Source: Octopus vulgaris (Eukaryota). From it: DNA of 64,000 nt. Positions within the stretch are counted from its first letter, which is position 1. Every line of letters begins with the position of its first letter. Where the stretch lies: the NCBI GenBank assembly GCA_951406725.2, contig OX597828.1, positions 37,076,001 to 37,140,000 on the forward strand. The letters are read 5' to 3'. Below the pieces are notes generated by a model. The model saw nothing but the letters and a program-made list of their open reading frames with translations. It had not been told where the DNA came from and made no database searches. Shown here piece by piece: positions 26,533 through 39,961 of the stretch. The translations under genes were made by a program, and so were the position numbers.

Positions 26533-27844
26533 GTGTGTGTATATATGTATGTATGTACATATATATATCAACGTACTTATTGACATGTGAACATATAAAC
26601 ACATTACATATATAAGCAGAGTCACGCACTCGCACAGACACACACACTACATTACGTTTCAATTACACACACACACATCCACGCACACACACGCGTCCGC
26701 GCGCGCGTATAATACACATCTCATATTTAGTTCAATCAATTATGTCTGTCACCCCACACTGACTTAATATGTTAGTTATTTATCCATTAGTTATGCCTAT
26801 CAAGTTTTTCAATGAATTTTATTAAGGAATTGATGAATATCTTAATTGACTGTCATTCATCAAACGCTTTACGTTCCCTTGCCTTTCACTTCGGCTCCAC
26901 CGGAAGCTAATATTACCCCGGAAAGGTCAGTCATTGATTTACTTTTCCTGGAGATATTCTCACTCCTTACTTATACATGTTATTCCGTTATATTTTCTAA
27001 TTATTTTATTCTCTTTCAATTACTGTTTTCAACCGCTGTTCTGCGGCCACGACGGGGCATTGTCCTCACGTGTTCTTTATCGAAAATTTCTGCTCTATTT
27101 CTTTTATCATACCAATGTAGCAATTTTTTAAAAAATCCGTATCTACTGTTGAATCGCTGTGTGCATTTGGCGCCCATGGCCGCACCTCTACACGCCACTT
27201 TGGATCAGCATTCACGAACAAGCTCTGGCACCAAAACACAAATATCTGTTTACAACATACGCATCTATCTAAAAGAAAAAGAATATAAGTATACATGCGC
27301 ATGGTTATATACTCTCCTACTTCGAAATCTCACTCACAGGTATTTGTTTTGGAAATCGATCTTGGAATCAAGCGTTTTGCAAAACTACTTTCTGAAAAAC
27401 ACGACTGAATTGATGTTCTACTTTGTCATTTTATTGCACAAACTCGATGTTGTTCCGCTTAGTATGGCATCCATATCCGTAACTTTTACCGTATAAACTA
27501 ATTACTGCGACAAACCAGTTACGGTAGTGCAGATCTCGCATTCGCGATAGTGCAGATCTCGCATTCACGTGGAGCATATGACAGTCAGATTACTTGGAAT
27601 AACATTCCGTGGTTACACACTATTATGTATGAATGGCATCGAAGACGAATACTCTTTTCTTAACTGCTCAGGCATCCGAACATTTAGCAGCCACTTTCGT
27701 GAAAAGAAATTTTCAGTGCATGGAATAAAATCCAGACGAAGTTCGTTCGCTTTGCGAGGATTCCTGATTTCACTCAGGATGCCGTGTATTGTTCAATATA
27801 TACCACTTTTAATTATATTTGTTTTTTTTTCTTTTTTTTTTTAA

Positions 27845-28070
27845 GGCGGCAAGCTGGCAGAAACGTTAACACGCCGGGCGAAATACGTAGCCGTATTTCG
27901 CCTGCCGTTACGTTCTGAGTTCAAATTCCACCGAGGTCAACTTTTTCTTTCATCCTTTCGGGGTCGATTACATAAGTACCAGTTACGCACTGGGGTCGAT
28001 ATAATCGACTTAATCTGTTTGTCTGTCCTTGTTTGTCCTCTCTGTGTTTAGCCCCTTGTGGGTAGTAAAG
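27845..28070 (+). mobile_element. SINE family A
   Basis: ggcggcaagctggcagaaacgtt...gagttcaaattcc...gccccttgtgggtagtaaag. Confidence 0.9.
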
Positions 28071-28091
28071 GTAGGTGTAGGTATTTCGTCT

Positions 28092-29430
28092 GTGTGTGTG
28101 AGTTGGAAGTGTTGGGATTGTTGCCGAAGTGCGTCTGTATAGTAAGTGTAGTTTCTATTGACTGTTTCCGTGGTGTTGCCCGTTTTATTTGCTGTACCTC
28201 TTAAAATTTGTATAATAGGTTTTGTTCGAAAACTATTGTGTGTTTTCCCCAGTAAGTTTGCATTTATCTGACGAGGATTCGACAGATTTAGAGGCCCCAA
28301 AAAGTGAAAAAAGCATTTTTGGAAGATGTTTCGGATTCGTCTGAGAGCGAATTCTCACCACTGTCGAGGAGTGACGTTGCAGGGAAGAGTGTCGAAGTGA
28401 AAAGACTTCAAACGGAGCAGGGTAAACAGAAAAGAAGTTTTGCTTCTGCGGCTGGAGACAGAACTCGCCAACTGTCGACGAAGAAAAAGTGACATTTTAA
28501 CGTACAAGGACATAATGATAATTCAAGACGGCGTTGTCAAGGTTCAACCGCCAGAAGAGCTTTTATTGACAGAGAAAAAAAAAACAAACAAAAAAACAAA
28601 ACAAAACAATTATGTTTAAAACATACTGCCGAAAAGGAAGAAAAATTGAGTGTGTAAGCGAGGAGAAGGTAGAAAAATGTCTAAAGCCCATCTGGCAAGA
28701 TATCACATATTTAACCAGAGGGAAAAAGTTCGGTACCATCGAGGTACAACTATAAAACATTGAAACTGCAGAACTGCATTCGGTAAAATCCTTGGAAACA
28801 GAAGACATGATTTTTATACCAATATACATGGGTATGAGGACATCCAAAATACGAATACCAAAGGTCCTACCTCAAGTCGACCCTATGTGGTGGTACGTCC
28901 TAAAAAGAGCTATCAAATATGAGTCTATTAGGTTTAGCATAAGTTTAGCTAAGAAGGGACGTAGAATAGAAGATGGTCTAGTTAAGGAACTAGAAGATGC
29001 CTGTAGGACTGGTAATGCGGACCAAGCGAGGGTGAAAAGACTGGAGTTAAACCAGCATCTTGAAGCCCAACACATGGGGAGGATTGCCAAAGCTAAGTTA
29101 CGTGCGATGGGAAGTGAAGAAATCAAGGCCGCTGGATGGGCCCGAGTGGTGGAAGCTCGGCAAGGAAATAGTTCTACTATTCGGTCTTTGACGAATAAAA
29201 ATGGTGTCTTGGTAAATGAACCCGAGAAAATGTGTGAGGCCTTTCAGGAGTACTTCGACAAGTTGTTCGGGGGGTGACGGCGGTCCTGATGGCGGGAGAG
29301 CCCTCGAGGACTTCCTTGCCAGGCTGCCGTGTCTCTCGGGGTCGGATGCGGAGTCTTGCGAAGGGCCTATCACGCATGTGGAGGTGATGGAGGCTTTGGC
29401 CGACTGCAAAGAGGGTAAGTCGCTGGGCTT
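28092..29430 (+). pseudogene. Tx1/L1-like retrotransposon fragment with an internal deletion
   Basis: ORF2 linker WWYVLKRAIK...TIRSL...MCEAFQEYFDKLF and CEGPITHVEVMEALADCKEGKSLGL (start of RT, GKSPG-like), preceded by an ORF1-like segment. Confidence 0.75.
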
Positions 29431-29883
29431 ACACACATACATACATACGTATATACATACATGCATGCATACATATGTATAGCCACATATCACCATCTTC
29501 GTTGGTTCTCTAATAAAACTATTTTATTAATGAGACAAACACTTATTGCTTAACAGTATGTTCTTTAATATCGATCATCGCTTGCTGAACATTCCTCTCA
29601 TTCAATCATGTACTCTCTCTTACTCCGCCTTCTCTTTTTTGGAGCTGTCGTCCTCTTCCTTCTCATTTTATCTCAGTCACTTGTACTTTCCTCTTCCCTC
29701 TCACACTTCGTCTCTATCTTTTCGTCTTTCTCTTCTAAAATCTCGATAACACTGACTTTCTCACTCCTTCTCCAGCTCTCCCTCATAACTCACCTCATCT
29801 TTATATCTCTGTTACTATTTCTTCCGTAAGTTCCTCTCATCTGTCTGCCATTCATTGCTGAAATTTCCCCACTCGTTCTCATA

Positions 29884-29945
<62 letters not shown>

Positions 29946-30119
29946 ATTTCTGTCTCTCTCTGTCTCTTCTTCCCTCGTATCTTACTTATTTTCAATCGCT
30001 TCTCTCTACTCTCTTTCACCCCAACACCGTCTACATTGCTAGTTTCTTCATCTCGCCAAACAATAATATCCGTAGTGACAGCCACGAACTAGAAACGCAC
30101 AGATCAATAGAAACAAGAA

Positions 30120-30190
30120 CCGCCGCCGCCGCCACCGCCGCCGCCACCGCCGCCGCCACCGCCGCCACCACCACAACCACCACCACCACC

Positions 30191-30243
<53 letters not shown>

Positions 30244-30360
30244 CATCACCACCACCACCACCACCACCATCGCCGCCACCACCACCACCACCACCACCAC
30301 CACCACCACCACCACCACCACCACCACCACCACCACCACCACCACCACCACCACCACAAC
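30120..30360. repeat. (GCC)/(ACC)/(ACT) trinucleotide tract
   Basis: Visible directly. Confidence 0.95.
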
Positions 30361-30461
30361 AGCATCAGCACTATCAATAATGACAACAGCAACAAAAGCA
30401 TCTTTGAGAAAAGTCGACAAACGATTTAAAGACTCAAACGCAAGGCTCTATCATCGGAGGT

Positions 30462-30534
30462 GGCCTTGTGGCCTAATGGAGAAGGCGTCGGTCTCCGGAA
30501 CCGAAGATTGTGGGTTCGAGTCCCACCAGGGTCG
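30462..30534 (+). tRNA. trnR-CCG: tRNA-Arg (anticodon CCG)
   Basis: 73-nt cloverleaf: acceptor GGCCTTG/CAGGGTC, anticodon arm TCGGT-CT-CCG-GA-ACCGA (CCG at 30495-30497), T-arm GTGGG-TTCGAGT-CCCAC. Confidence 0.93.
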
Positions 30535-30544
30535 ATATTGTTAA

Positions 30545-30549
30545 TTTTT
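30545..30549 (+). terminator. Pol III T-run terminator of the tRNA gene
   Basis: TTTTT about 10 nt after the discriminator base. Confidence 0.6.
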
Positions 30550-31049
30550 CTGGCTATAAGCTGTTATTTCATTAATTGTCGTTTCAAGTGTTTCAGCGAA
30601 TTCACTGGTATCTACTTATATCGATTTCTTTTTAAGGAATGGTTCCCACCCATAACTTCATGTAAAGGAACACAACTTGCCGCACCCTTTTAAACAGGTG
30701 TACGAGAAAACACACCTCTGTTCCCTTCTCTTTATAGATATCCGACTACAATTGCTGTCCACTACTAACCAGCAACTATCAGAAGGAAACGAATTTGTGG
30801 TCCACTCTCATTTTTATAAGAAAAACGTGAACTTCCAGCTTCCAGAATGGATACGATGAAAGATTTATTTGAATTAATTTATTTCAATTTACTTTTCTTT
30901 TCATTACAGCATGACTAGATTTTCTTAAAGTGTTCGAAACCGGAAGCGTCTTAGTTAAAAATGTAAATACTGTCTTTGTCTAAGCATTTTCTTCTTTGTA
31001 CACACACACACACGCACACACACACACACACACAACCTTGATAAACCTT

Positions 31050-31390
31050 AAACAATGCGAAAAGCCCCCTCATCTGGGAGGCACATGCTGTAATACCTCA
31101 AGCGGAAACTTGGAGTGTCCAGCTACCAGCCTAGGCTCCGCTGAGCGCCAGGCTGAGAAAAGCAAACTGGCAAAATATCGTTCGCTTTATGACAGGTTTA
31201 TGGTCGAGGCTGTGGCAGTGAAAACTCCCGGTATTCACAGCCCCTGGACCATATCTCTGCTCACCGCTATCGGGGCGGAGTTGGCTGTCCGCAAGTGTGG
31301 GCTCTGTGAGTCAGAGTGGTTGTCCCGATGCATTTTTCCCACACCATCCTCCCGGGCAACACCAGTTCCATTTTATCCCCTGAGACGATG
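31050..31390 (+). pseudogene. CRE-like retrotransposon restriction-like endonuclease C-terminal fragment
   Basis: GSAERQAEKSKLAKYRSL...EAVAVKTPG...LLTAIG...ESEWLSRCI resembles the AE..K..KY..L...PVAVET.G.....IG...WL.QRIS pattern. Confidence 0.65.
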
Positions 31391-31869
31391 AGGCGTTCTG
31401 AATTTTAGGAAATTGAGAGGATGTAAGAATTTCGTAGCTTACTACCCGTAGTTGGTCAGTATTCCATCCCGCTTCCTTTCAACCTACTTCTCACTTTATT
31501 TTCTCTAAACGTTTTATTCTCTTCTTTAGTTCATTCTTTAATCTGTCTAAAACCTTCCTCTCTCAGATTACTCTGATTTCAAAGTGAAGACAGAATAACA
31601 GTTGACGTTTTCCCCTCTATTCCGATATTTCGGTGTTAGGACTCCTTCCACAGAACACGTGAACACAATCGTCGCCCAGATATGTGGGAGAGGAAAGGGA
31701 CATGCGAAGACTGGTGTTGCTATCACACCCACTTTGCCTCTTGTAGCTCTTTTTGCGCGAAGCTTTACACAATTCTTTCCTCTCTCTCTCTCTATAAACA
31801 CACACACACTCACATACATACACCATGCATACATACATACATACATACATACATACATACATACATACA

Positions 31870-31901
<32 letters not shown>

Positions 31902-31903
<2 letters not shown>

Positions 31904-32130
31904 GGGTGTTCAAAAAGTCTCTCCGCAGTAAGTATATTATTGCAGAATAAATATTTATAAGATGGTATAAGAATACAAAATAATATATTAGACTTTACAA
32001 TACTTTGAAATGCTTTATAAGAGGTGTTGAAAGTGTCTTTCATTTTCAATTCATAAGTTGACTCTTCTACACATGTTTTGAAATACATCTTCAATGAAAG
32101 AGATTTACTGAGGAGAGACTTTTTGAACAC

Positions 32131-32134
<4 letters not shown>
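31902..32134. mobile_element. MITE with Tc1/mariner-type TIRs
   Basis: 22-bp perfect inverted termini agggtgttcaaaaagtctctcc (31903-31924) / ggagagactttttgaacaccct (32112-32133) around an AT-rich core. Confidence 0.85.
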
Positions 32135-32169
<35 letters not shown>

Positions 32170-32319
32170 ATCGTCAGTGTATCGTATATCCGAAAAAGAA
32201 GCACACTCTAAAGCATAGAGCAGTTAAATTATATGTCCGGTTATATATCAAATAGTTAATCCAAACATGAACAATGTGTGTGTGTATTTGTGTGTGTGTT
32301 TGTATCTCTGTGTGTCTCC

Positions 32320-32593
32320 CACGAACGCCTCTCTACAGTCCAGACCTTACTCCCTGTGACTTTTGGCTGTTCCCTAGACTGAGAACGGGAGAAGCAGTCG
32401 TTTTGAAGATGGTAAAGGCTGCAAATAATAAAAAAATAGGTCCCCGATACCTTCACATTGGAAGAATTTCATTAAGCCTTAGGCCCTGAAATCAGAGTAG
32501 CCTACTTCGAAGGAAATTAAAATTTTGTGCATCTTTGAAATTGATAAATGTCTCTTCTGAAAACGTCTGCAAACGTCTGGAATGCACATTGTA
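32320..32593 (+). pseudogene. mariner transposase C-terminal fragment
   Basis: PLYSPDLTPCDFWLFPRL (YSPDLAP.D motif). Confidence 0.75.
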
Positions 32594-33215
32594 GGTCTGT
32601 TCGATGATGGCTGTTTGGAAACTAAATAACCACCACCACCACCATCATCACAACAACAACAACCATAACAAAGTCAACATCAATCACTTAATTTCTCTTA
32701 TTGTTAATTGTCTTCTAGGAAATTAGCCAGAAAACCGTTCGCCGTCCAAATTAAAACTTAATTCCATCTGATAGCTAACGTGGAATAGATACAGCGAGTA
32801 GATATAGCTCAGCAGCACATCGGTAGATCAGCATAAGATTCAAATTCCCGCCAGCAAAACGTCAAAGGTAGAACTAAGTAAACCATAGCAAATTACTGGC
32901 GACCGAACTAATTTCTCACCGAATTATATTTCAACCCATATTTGGTTGGATAAATCAATATTTTTATTGTCTTCCCGGAATTCTTATCGATTTTGACATG
33001 CCATGTTCTAGAACATAATTACTAATAAACTAATTCGATGTTGTTTCTTGATAACTCCGATTGCAGCAGCAGCAGTAACAGAAGCAGCAGCAGCAGTAGC
33101 AGCAGCGACGGCTGCAACAGCAGCAGCAGAGGCTGTAACAGCAGCAACAGCGGCAAGAAGAGCATTGGCAGCAACAGCAGCGGCAGTAGTAGTCGCAGCA
33201 GCCGTCGTCGTTGTT

Positions 33216-33251
<36 letters not shown>

Positions 33252-33604
33252 ATAGTAGTAGTAATAGTAGTAACAGTAGTAGTAGCATGAAGAAGAGGAG
33301 GAGGAGGAGGGAGAGTAGGGATAGTACTAGGAGGAGTATTGGAGATGTTGTTGTTACTGGAGTTGGAGTTACATAACTGTAATGGCATGCGTGCCCACAC
33401 GTCGACACGTGTCTCCAAGGAGGAAACGTGGAACAATTGTGTTATTTTCGTTATTCGTGTTGTCGTTGCTATTGTGCTTCTTGTTGCTGCTTTGCTCTTG
33501 TTGTGGTTAATGAATTAAATAATTATCGGAAGGTCAATGAGTGCAGGCGACATTTAAATATGACGTATAACAGAGGGCTTCTTTTATTTCATCTGACACA
33601 ATAA

Positions 33605-34137
33605 ACATGTATGTACATACGCATACACACACATACATACATACATACATACATACATACATACATACATACATACATACATACATACGTACATACATAC
33701 ATACATACATACATACGTACATATACACAGATACATACATACATACATACAGATACATATACACAGATACATACATACATACATACATACAGACGTACAC
33801 ACAGATACATACATACACACAGATACATACATACATACATACATACATACATACATACATACATACATACATACATACATACATACATACATACATACAT
33901 ACATACATACACACAGATACATACATACATACATACACACAGATACATACATACATACATACATACATACATACATACACACATACATACATACATACAC
34001 ACATACATACATACATACATACATACATACATACACAGATACATACATACATACATACATACATACATACACACAGATACATACATACATACATACATAC
34101 ATACATACATACATACATACATACATACATACATACA

Positions 34138-34166
<29 letters not shown>
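33605..34166. repeat. (CATA)n microsatellite with cacagata interruptions
   Basis: Visible directly. Confidence 0.95.
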
Positions 34167-34168
<2 letters not shown>

Positions 34169-34272
34169 TTACTTTGATTTTATTCAGCTTCCTTGGAGCT
34201 GTGTGGATAATACCGGACTGACTTAGTGCTTCAACTTAAGTACCTAATTCAAATGAATCTCAATTATTTCAT

Positions 34273-34671
34273 ATACTCTTTTACTCTTTTACTTGTTTCA
34301 GTTATTTAACTGTGGCCATGCTGGAGCACCGCATTTAATCGAGCAAATCGACCCCAGGACTTATTCTTTGTAAGCCTAGTACTTATTCTATCGGTCTCCT
34401 TTGCCGAACTGCTAAGTTACGGGGACGTAAACACACCAGCATCGGTTGTCAAGTGATGTGGGGGGTGGACAAAAACAGACACACAAACATATACACACAC
34501 ACACATATATATATACATGACGGGCTTCTTTCAGTTTCTGTCTACCAAATCCACTCACAAGGCTTTGGTCGGCCCAGGCTATAGTAGAAGACACTTGCTC
34601 AAGGTGCCACGCAGTAGGACTGAACCCGGAGCCATGTAGTTCGTAAGCAAGCTACTTACCACACAGCCACT
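34273..34671 (-). mobile_element. SINE family B (CORE-SINE-like), near-complete
   Basis: tRNA-like head gtggctgtgtggtaag...ggttcagtcc, CORE-like accttgagcaagtgtctt, internal microsatellite and gagtaaaa tail. Confidence 0.9.
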
Positions 34672-34744
34672 CACACACATATACATATATGTATATATAA
34701 ATGAATATATATATATTTCTTTATAAATGAATATATATATATAT

Positions 34745-34972
34745 ATTTCTTTATTGCCCACAAGGGGCTAAACATAGAGGGGCAAACAAGGACAGACAAA
34801 GTGATTAAGTCGGTTACATCGACCTCAATGCGTAACTGGTACTTAATTTATCGATCCCGAAAGGATTAAAGGCAAAGTCGACCTCGGCAGAATTTGAACT
34901 CAGAACGTAACGGCAGACGAAATACCGCTAAGCATTTCACCCGGCGCACTAACGTTTCTGCCAGCTCGCCGT
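34745..34972 (-). mobile_element. SINE family A
   Basis: Reverse complement of the family A pattern. Confidence 0.9.
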
Positions 34973-35011
34973 CTTCTAATTTTAGTATATATATATATGC
35001 TTATATACATG

Positions 35012-35122
<111 letters not shown>

Positions 35123-36207
35123 GTATGTGTGTGTATGTATGTATGTATGTATGTATGTATGTATGTATGTATGTATTAGCGCGGGCACACATACACACGC
35201 ATCGTCGCATCATAACCAAATGCTTATGATGTCCGCTTTGCGATCAAGAGATCCCTTGTTTAAATCCATCGTACTGCATTGTATGGAAATATATAATATC
35301 ACAACCATCTGTTAACCCAAGGTTTGCGAGTAAAGACTATGTAGACGGAAACTTAGTGGAAGCGCATAGATTGGATTAAACCTGTAATTCAAAAGTCACA
35401 CTGGGTTACGCTTGGCATACCATGAAGCTCATTCCAGCGAAAATGACATTAGGGACTTCAGATCTATGGGTCTATGCAATATCAGCCACTATTACATCTG
35501 TTCTGTAATGAACGGAGCTGCTTTTTAAGTTGCTGGGCCAGCAAGCATATCGTTGGCAAACCGGACAAAATGCTTAGCGACATTTTGTCCGTCTTTACGC
35601 TTTGAGTTCAAATTCCACCGATGCCACGTTTGCTTTTCATCCCTTTGGGGTTGATACACTAAATATCAGTTGAGAACTGAGCCCTGGGGTCAATGTAAAA
35701 TGAAAATTTCAAGCCTTGTGCCTACAGTAGGAAGGATTAATCAGTTGGGAATATGTAAATGTTACTAAAGAAAGCAGTTATCAAAGTTTACTCGGTCTGT
35801 AAAATTCTTTAAAATTCTAATTTTAATATATATATTTTTTTTATCAAAATGTGGTTTTGTTACGTCTGTTATTATTGAAAATTTCAGCTTCAGTGAACTA
35901 ACTGTAATTCACTGTGAGGTTTCTTCATAATTCTAACCCACCTTTGAAGGCTTCCTATAATTCTAAAATTTATTGAGCGAGTGTGTGTTATTTGACGAAT
36001 AAATGGTAGGAAGGAAAATTAGACATAGCATATCAGAAACGTTTGAGAATCAGATGTGTAAATAGGATTCAGCGGCTTGTAGAAAACTGCTCGGAGAGCG
36101 GTGTTTCTGCTAGTGATGATAATAATAATTCGAATTATTGAAGATCTGAATACTAATACACGAACCCGCCAAAGATCCATTACGTGTGTGTGTGTGTAGC
36201 GTGTGTG

Positions 36208-36276
<69 letters not shown>

Positions 36277-36836
36277 CAAAGTCAGCAGCAGGAATTGTAG
36301 GGCGTCTGATATCAAATGTGTTTGGTCGGGTGAAGTACAATTACATTTCTCATTGTAAACCAGATTATATTACAGCAGTGTCGTTAGAGAGAAAATAGTT
36401 CAGATAGGTACTGCCTATCAGATCTAGAGGTTACTATAATTTCTAATCAATAACAATCATGTGTGAAGCACTTTCATTCCCAAACCCGCCGAATGTATTA
36501 TTATTATTATTATTATTATTATTTATTATTCTAGACGTTTTAATTTTATTGGAGGAGGAAATTAAAACACAGCCACCATTCTTTTTTCTTTTTATTATAA
36601 CACCGCCCACTTCCGCGTCATTTACTTGCTGAATGAACATTTTATAAGCTGAAATCGTTTAGCAGGCGAAAAATTTGAGCACCCCACGCGCGCATACGCA
36701 CACAGACACACACGCGCACGCACACATACCTATAGATAGATAGCTAGATAAATAGATAGGTAGAGACACACAGAGACACGTACACAGACATATATACAGA
36801 TGTATGCATGCATATATGTATGTATGTAAGAATTTA

Positions 36837-36889
<53 letters not shown>

Positions 36890-37123
36890 GTGTGTATTTT
36901 TCCCTTGTTTATATATATAAATAGATGTGTGTATTTTCCCTTGTTAACAATTAACACGGAAAAAATAGATAAATAGTTACCATGGTAGCAATAAATCACA
37001 CAAGTAAAATGGGTTTTAAAGGTTGTTTTTAAAGGTAGAAACTCCGGGTTTACGTGAAATATTTTGTATAATATACATAAATAAATAAATGGAGTTAAAC
37101 GCAGGTGTTATTCAAATTCTTTT

Positions 37124-37212
37124 ACTTCCGACAAACGTTTCGAAGATATCACTGGTATTATTCAAAAGGAATAAAATGGTATAAAACAATATAATCTTTT
37201 CTTCAGGGAAAT
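37124..37212 (-). ncRNA. Type I hammerhead ribozyme in the PLE 3' region
   Basis: Minus strand: atttcc-CTGAAGA-aaagat...atcttc-GAAAC gttt GTC-ggaagt. Canonical core, 6-bp stem I, long stem II with an A-C mismatch at its base. Confidence 0.78.
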
Positions 37213-37584
37213 GAAGAAATGAAACTCATCAATAAGACATTTTAACAGAATATGATGGATATGTATAGTGATTAATTGAACGCTATTAAGTTTAAAAAAA
37301 AAAACGTTAGAGGATATAACGTCAAAGGTAGCCTATAGAAAGAGGAGGGGTAAAGGAAAGAATGAACCAAATATGAGAAGTATATAACGATATGTAAATT
37401 AAGTAAAACCCCAGAGTCTAGGGAAAAGATATATCTAGTGAATGTGAAATATAAGAAAAAATTAATGTTTAAATTATATATATTGATAGTTATCACTTAT
37501 ATGAACTAAAGGTGTGTTTCTACCAATGTTTACATCGGTATGCACACTTTATAACCGTGTTTACAAGGGGAATTTTAGAAAAAA

Positions 37585-38164
37585 ATAATAATAAATAATT
37601 CAGAATTACAGAGAAGACAGAATTCCTTGCGTTTATCATAAGGGATCGAAATTGAGAGAATCAACCAATCTGAATTAAATTGTTTATTGTGGTCTTATAG
37701 ATACCAAATTAATTTACTAAGCCCTGTACTGTTACATTTATTCATATCCCTAAATGTAGAGTAATGATTAGAAATTCTTTTAGATAACCAGGAAATGCCT
37801 ATATAAAACATACATCGTTACCTGAAGTAATTTTATACTGGTATATAGAATTTTTAATTTTAGAGTTACTTGACATAAATTTGATTCTGTTGTAATTGAC
37901 TTCAGATACAATATCCTTGTTATTAATATTTCTAGGGGGATGTATGCTGTTAGCTAAATTAATGTTAGTATTAGTAAATGTATCTCTATTTAACAGGCTG
38001 ATATTATGTGAGGAAATAATTTGTAAGAGATTTTTTGTATTGGAAAAAACCAATCCTAACCGTGTGTGAGTTGATAATGGAATAGTACCTAGAATTCTTT
38101 GGAAAATTCCTAATAATAGCTTCCCGAAACTGCAAAGGAAGATTAGATTTAATTTGTTTCCCAT
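37585..38164 (-). pseudogene. PLE GIY-YIG endonuclease remnant
   Basis: NSIYQYKIT, a frameshift, then FYIGIS..SKRISNHYSTF...STGLSKLIWYL*...WLILS...PYDKRKEFCLLCNSE. This is a GIY-YIG domain with a C-terminal CxLC as in PLE endonucleases. Confidence 0.8.
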
Positions 38165-38185
38165 AAGGAATAATTAACCAAATAG

Positions 38186-38273
<88 letters not shown>

Positions 38274-38651
38274 GTGGGAGAGTCAAAGGCTATTGAAGAG
38301 GTTGCAAGAAGCAATGAAAATTTTAGAAAAATAAATACGTAAATAAGTGGAAATCGAACCGGTGAATGTGTTAATTAATAAGGCTTTAAAACAGAATGTC
38401 TCTGCCAACTCTCCGCCTTCAAGTTGCAGTTATATTATCTCATGAAAATATTTCTAAAACGTTTCCACTCACTTATGGTTCGATTCATTTCGCCTGGTTT
38501 TGAGATATACAGTTTTTTTCCCTTTTTATTACTCTATGTCTTAACGGGACTTCCTCTGCACGAAATACCCCAGCCTGAACCGTTTCAACAACGCACATAC
38601 ATAAAGTATGGGACCAATGATGTTTATATATATATATGTATATATATATAT

Positions 38652-38830
38652 ATTTGCATTTGAATATGGCTAACCCCTAAGGGTGGATGCTACTGTAGTT
38701 TGTAGTCCCAGGAGGACACCTCCTCCAGCTGGCTATAGACACACTTTCTGTGCCCTATCAGGTGTCCTCCTGGGGCTACAAACTACTGTAGCATCCACCC
38801 TTAGGGGTTAGCCATATTCAAATGGCAAAT
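38652..38830. repeat. Fold-back element with about 70-bp inverted arms
   Basis: 38652-38721 versus 38760-38830, about 3 differences, 38-bp spacer, TA-flanked. Confidence 0.9.
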
Positions 38831-38890
38831 ATACGTCACGATGTGTTGCTGTTACTGTTTATGACTCGCTCTGAGATTTATCATTATATA

Positions 38891-38977
<87 letters not shown>

Positions 38978-39564
38978 CGTGGGTATACACACACACACTC
39001 ATATATAACAAGTTAAAAATAACGGTCATTACATATTTTTTCTTCATTGGAGCAAATTTAGATTACAGCTGTTTCCAGTGGTCACTATAGATACATTCCT
39101 GATAGGTATACTCAAATGGTCTATTGTTCAAATTGAGGTAAATTGAATGACCTAAGAAAATTATTGCTACTTTCGTCAGTCATTTCTGAAAATGACAAGC
39201 AGAGCAATGGATAAATGACTATTGTGTGGGGAAGGTGGGGAGCAATTGGGATATTCCAGTGGAATAGAGAGCAAAGGAAGACAAGGTACAAGGAGGTAGG
39301 AGCAAGTAAATGGGTGGTAGAAGTTGTAGTAGTAGTAGTAGGAGGAGGAGGGGTGTTGTATTGCCAAATTTGGAAGAAGGACAGGTACGGACGTGGGTCA
39401 GCTCCCATCACCATATTAGTAGCAAGCTTATGAAGTATTTTGCCAGGATTGATAATCCTTCACTGTTTCTTCTCTTTCTTTCTCTCCCTCTTTCTCTTCC
39501 TCTCTCTCTCTCTCTCTATCTCTCTCCATGTATACACACACATACACACATACATGTATATTCC

Positions 39565-39770
39565 TAGTTTGCTTCAGTCATTTGACTGTGGCCATGCTGG
39601 AGCACCGCCTTTAGTCAAGCAAATCGACAGGAGGACTTATTTCTTGTAAGCCTAGTACTTACTCTATCGGTCTCTTTTGCCGAACCGCTAAGTTACGGGG
39701 ACATAATCACACCAGCATCGGTTGTCAAGCGATGTTGGGGGACAAACACAGACACACCACAAACATACGC
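39565..39770 (-). mobile_element. SINE family B, 3' half
   Basis: Same tail as the 34273 copy. Confidence 0.85.
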
Positions 39771-39961
39771 ACACACACACATAATTTTCATAACCTGAAA
39801 AAATCAGTGTCGTAATAGTGAAAATTAGTCTTCTAATTAATACTCTGTGTGCACATACACACATATACATGTGTATATATGTATATGCGGACACACACGT
39901 ATGTATATATATATATATATTTTCATATCTGAGTTTATATATATATCTATATACATACCAA

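Larger units (their letters stand above)
36882..38187 (-). mobile_element. 5'-truncated Penelope-like element in (TA)n
   Basis: GIY-YIG remnant followed by an HHR-bearing 3' region; both ends lie in (TA)n; a 27-bp terminal duplication at 36883 and 36920. Confidence 0.8.

Noticed and set aside
26846-27496. 216-aa ORF
   Set aside because: Non-ATG start, AT-rich composition and no motifs; probably a chance ORF or transposon remnant.
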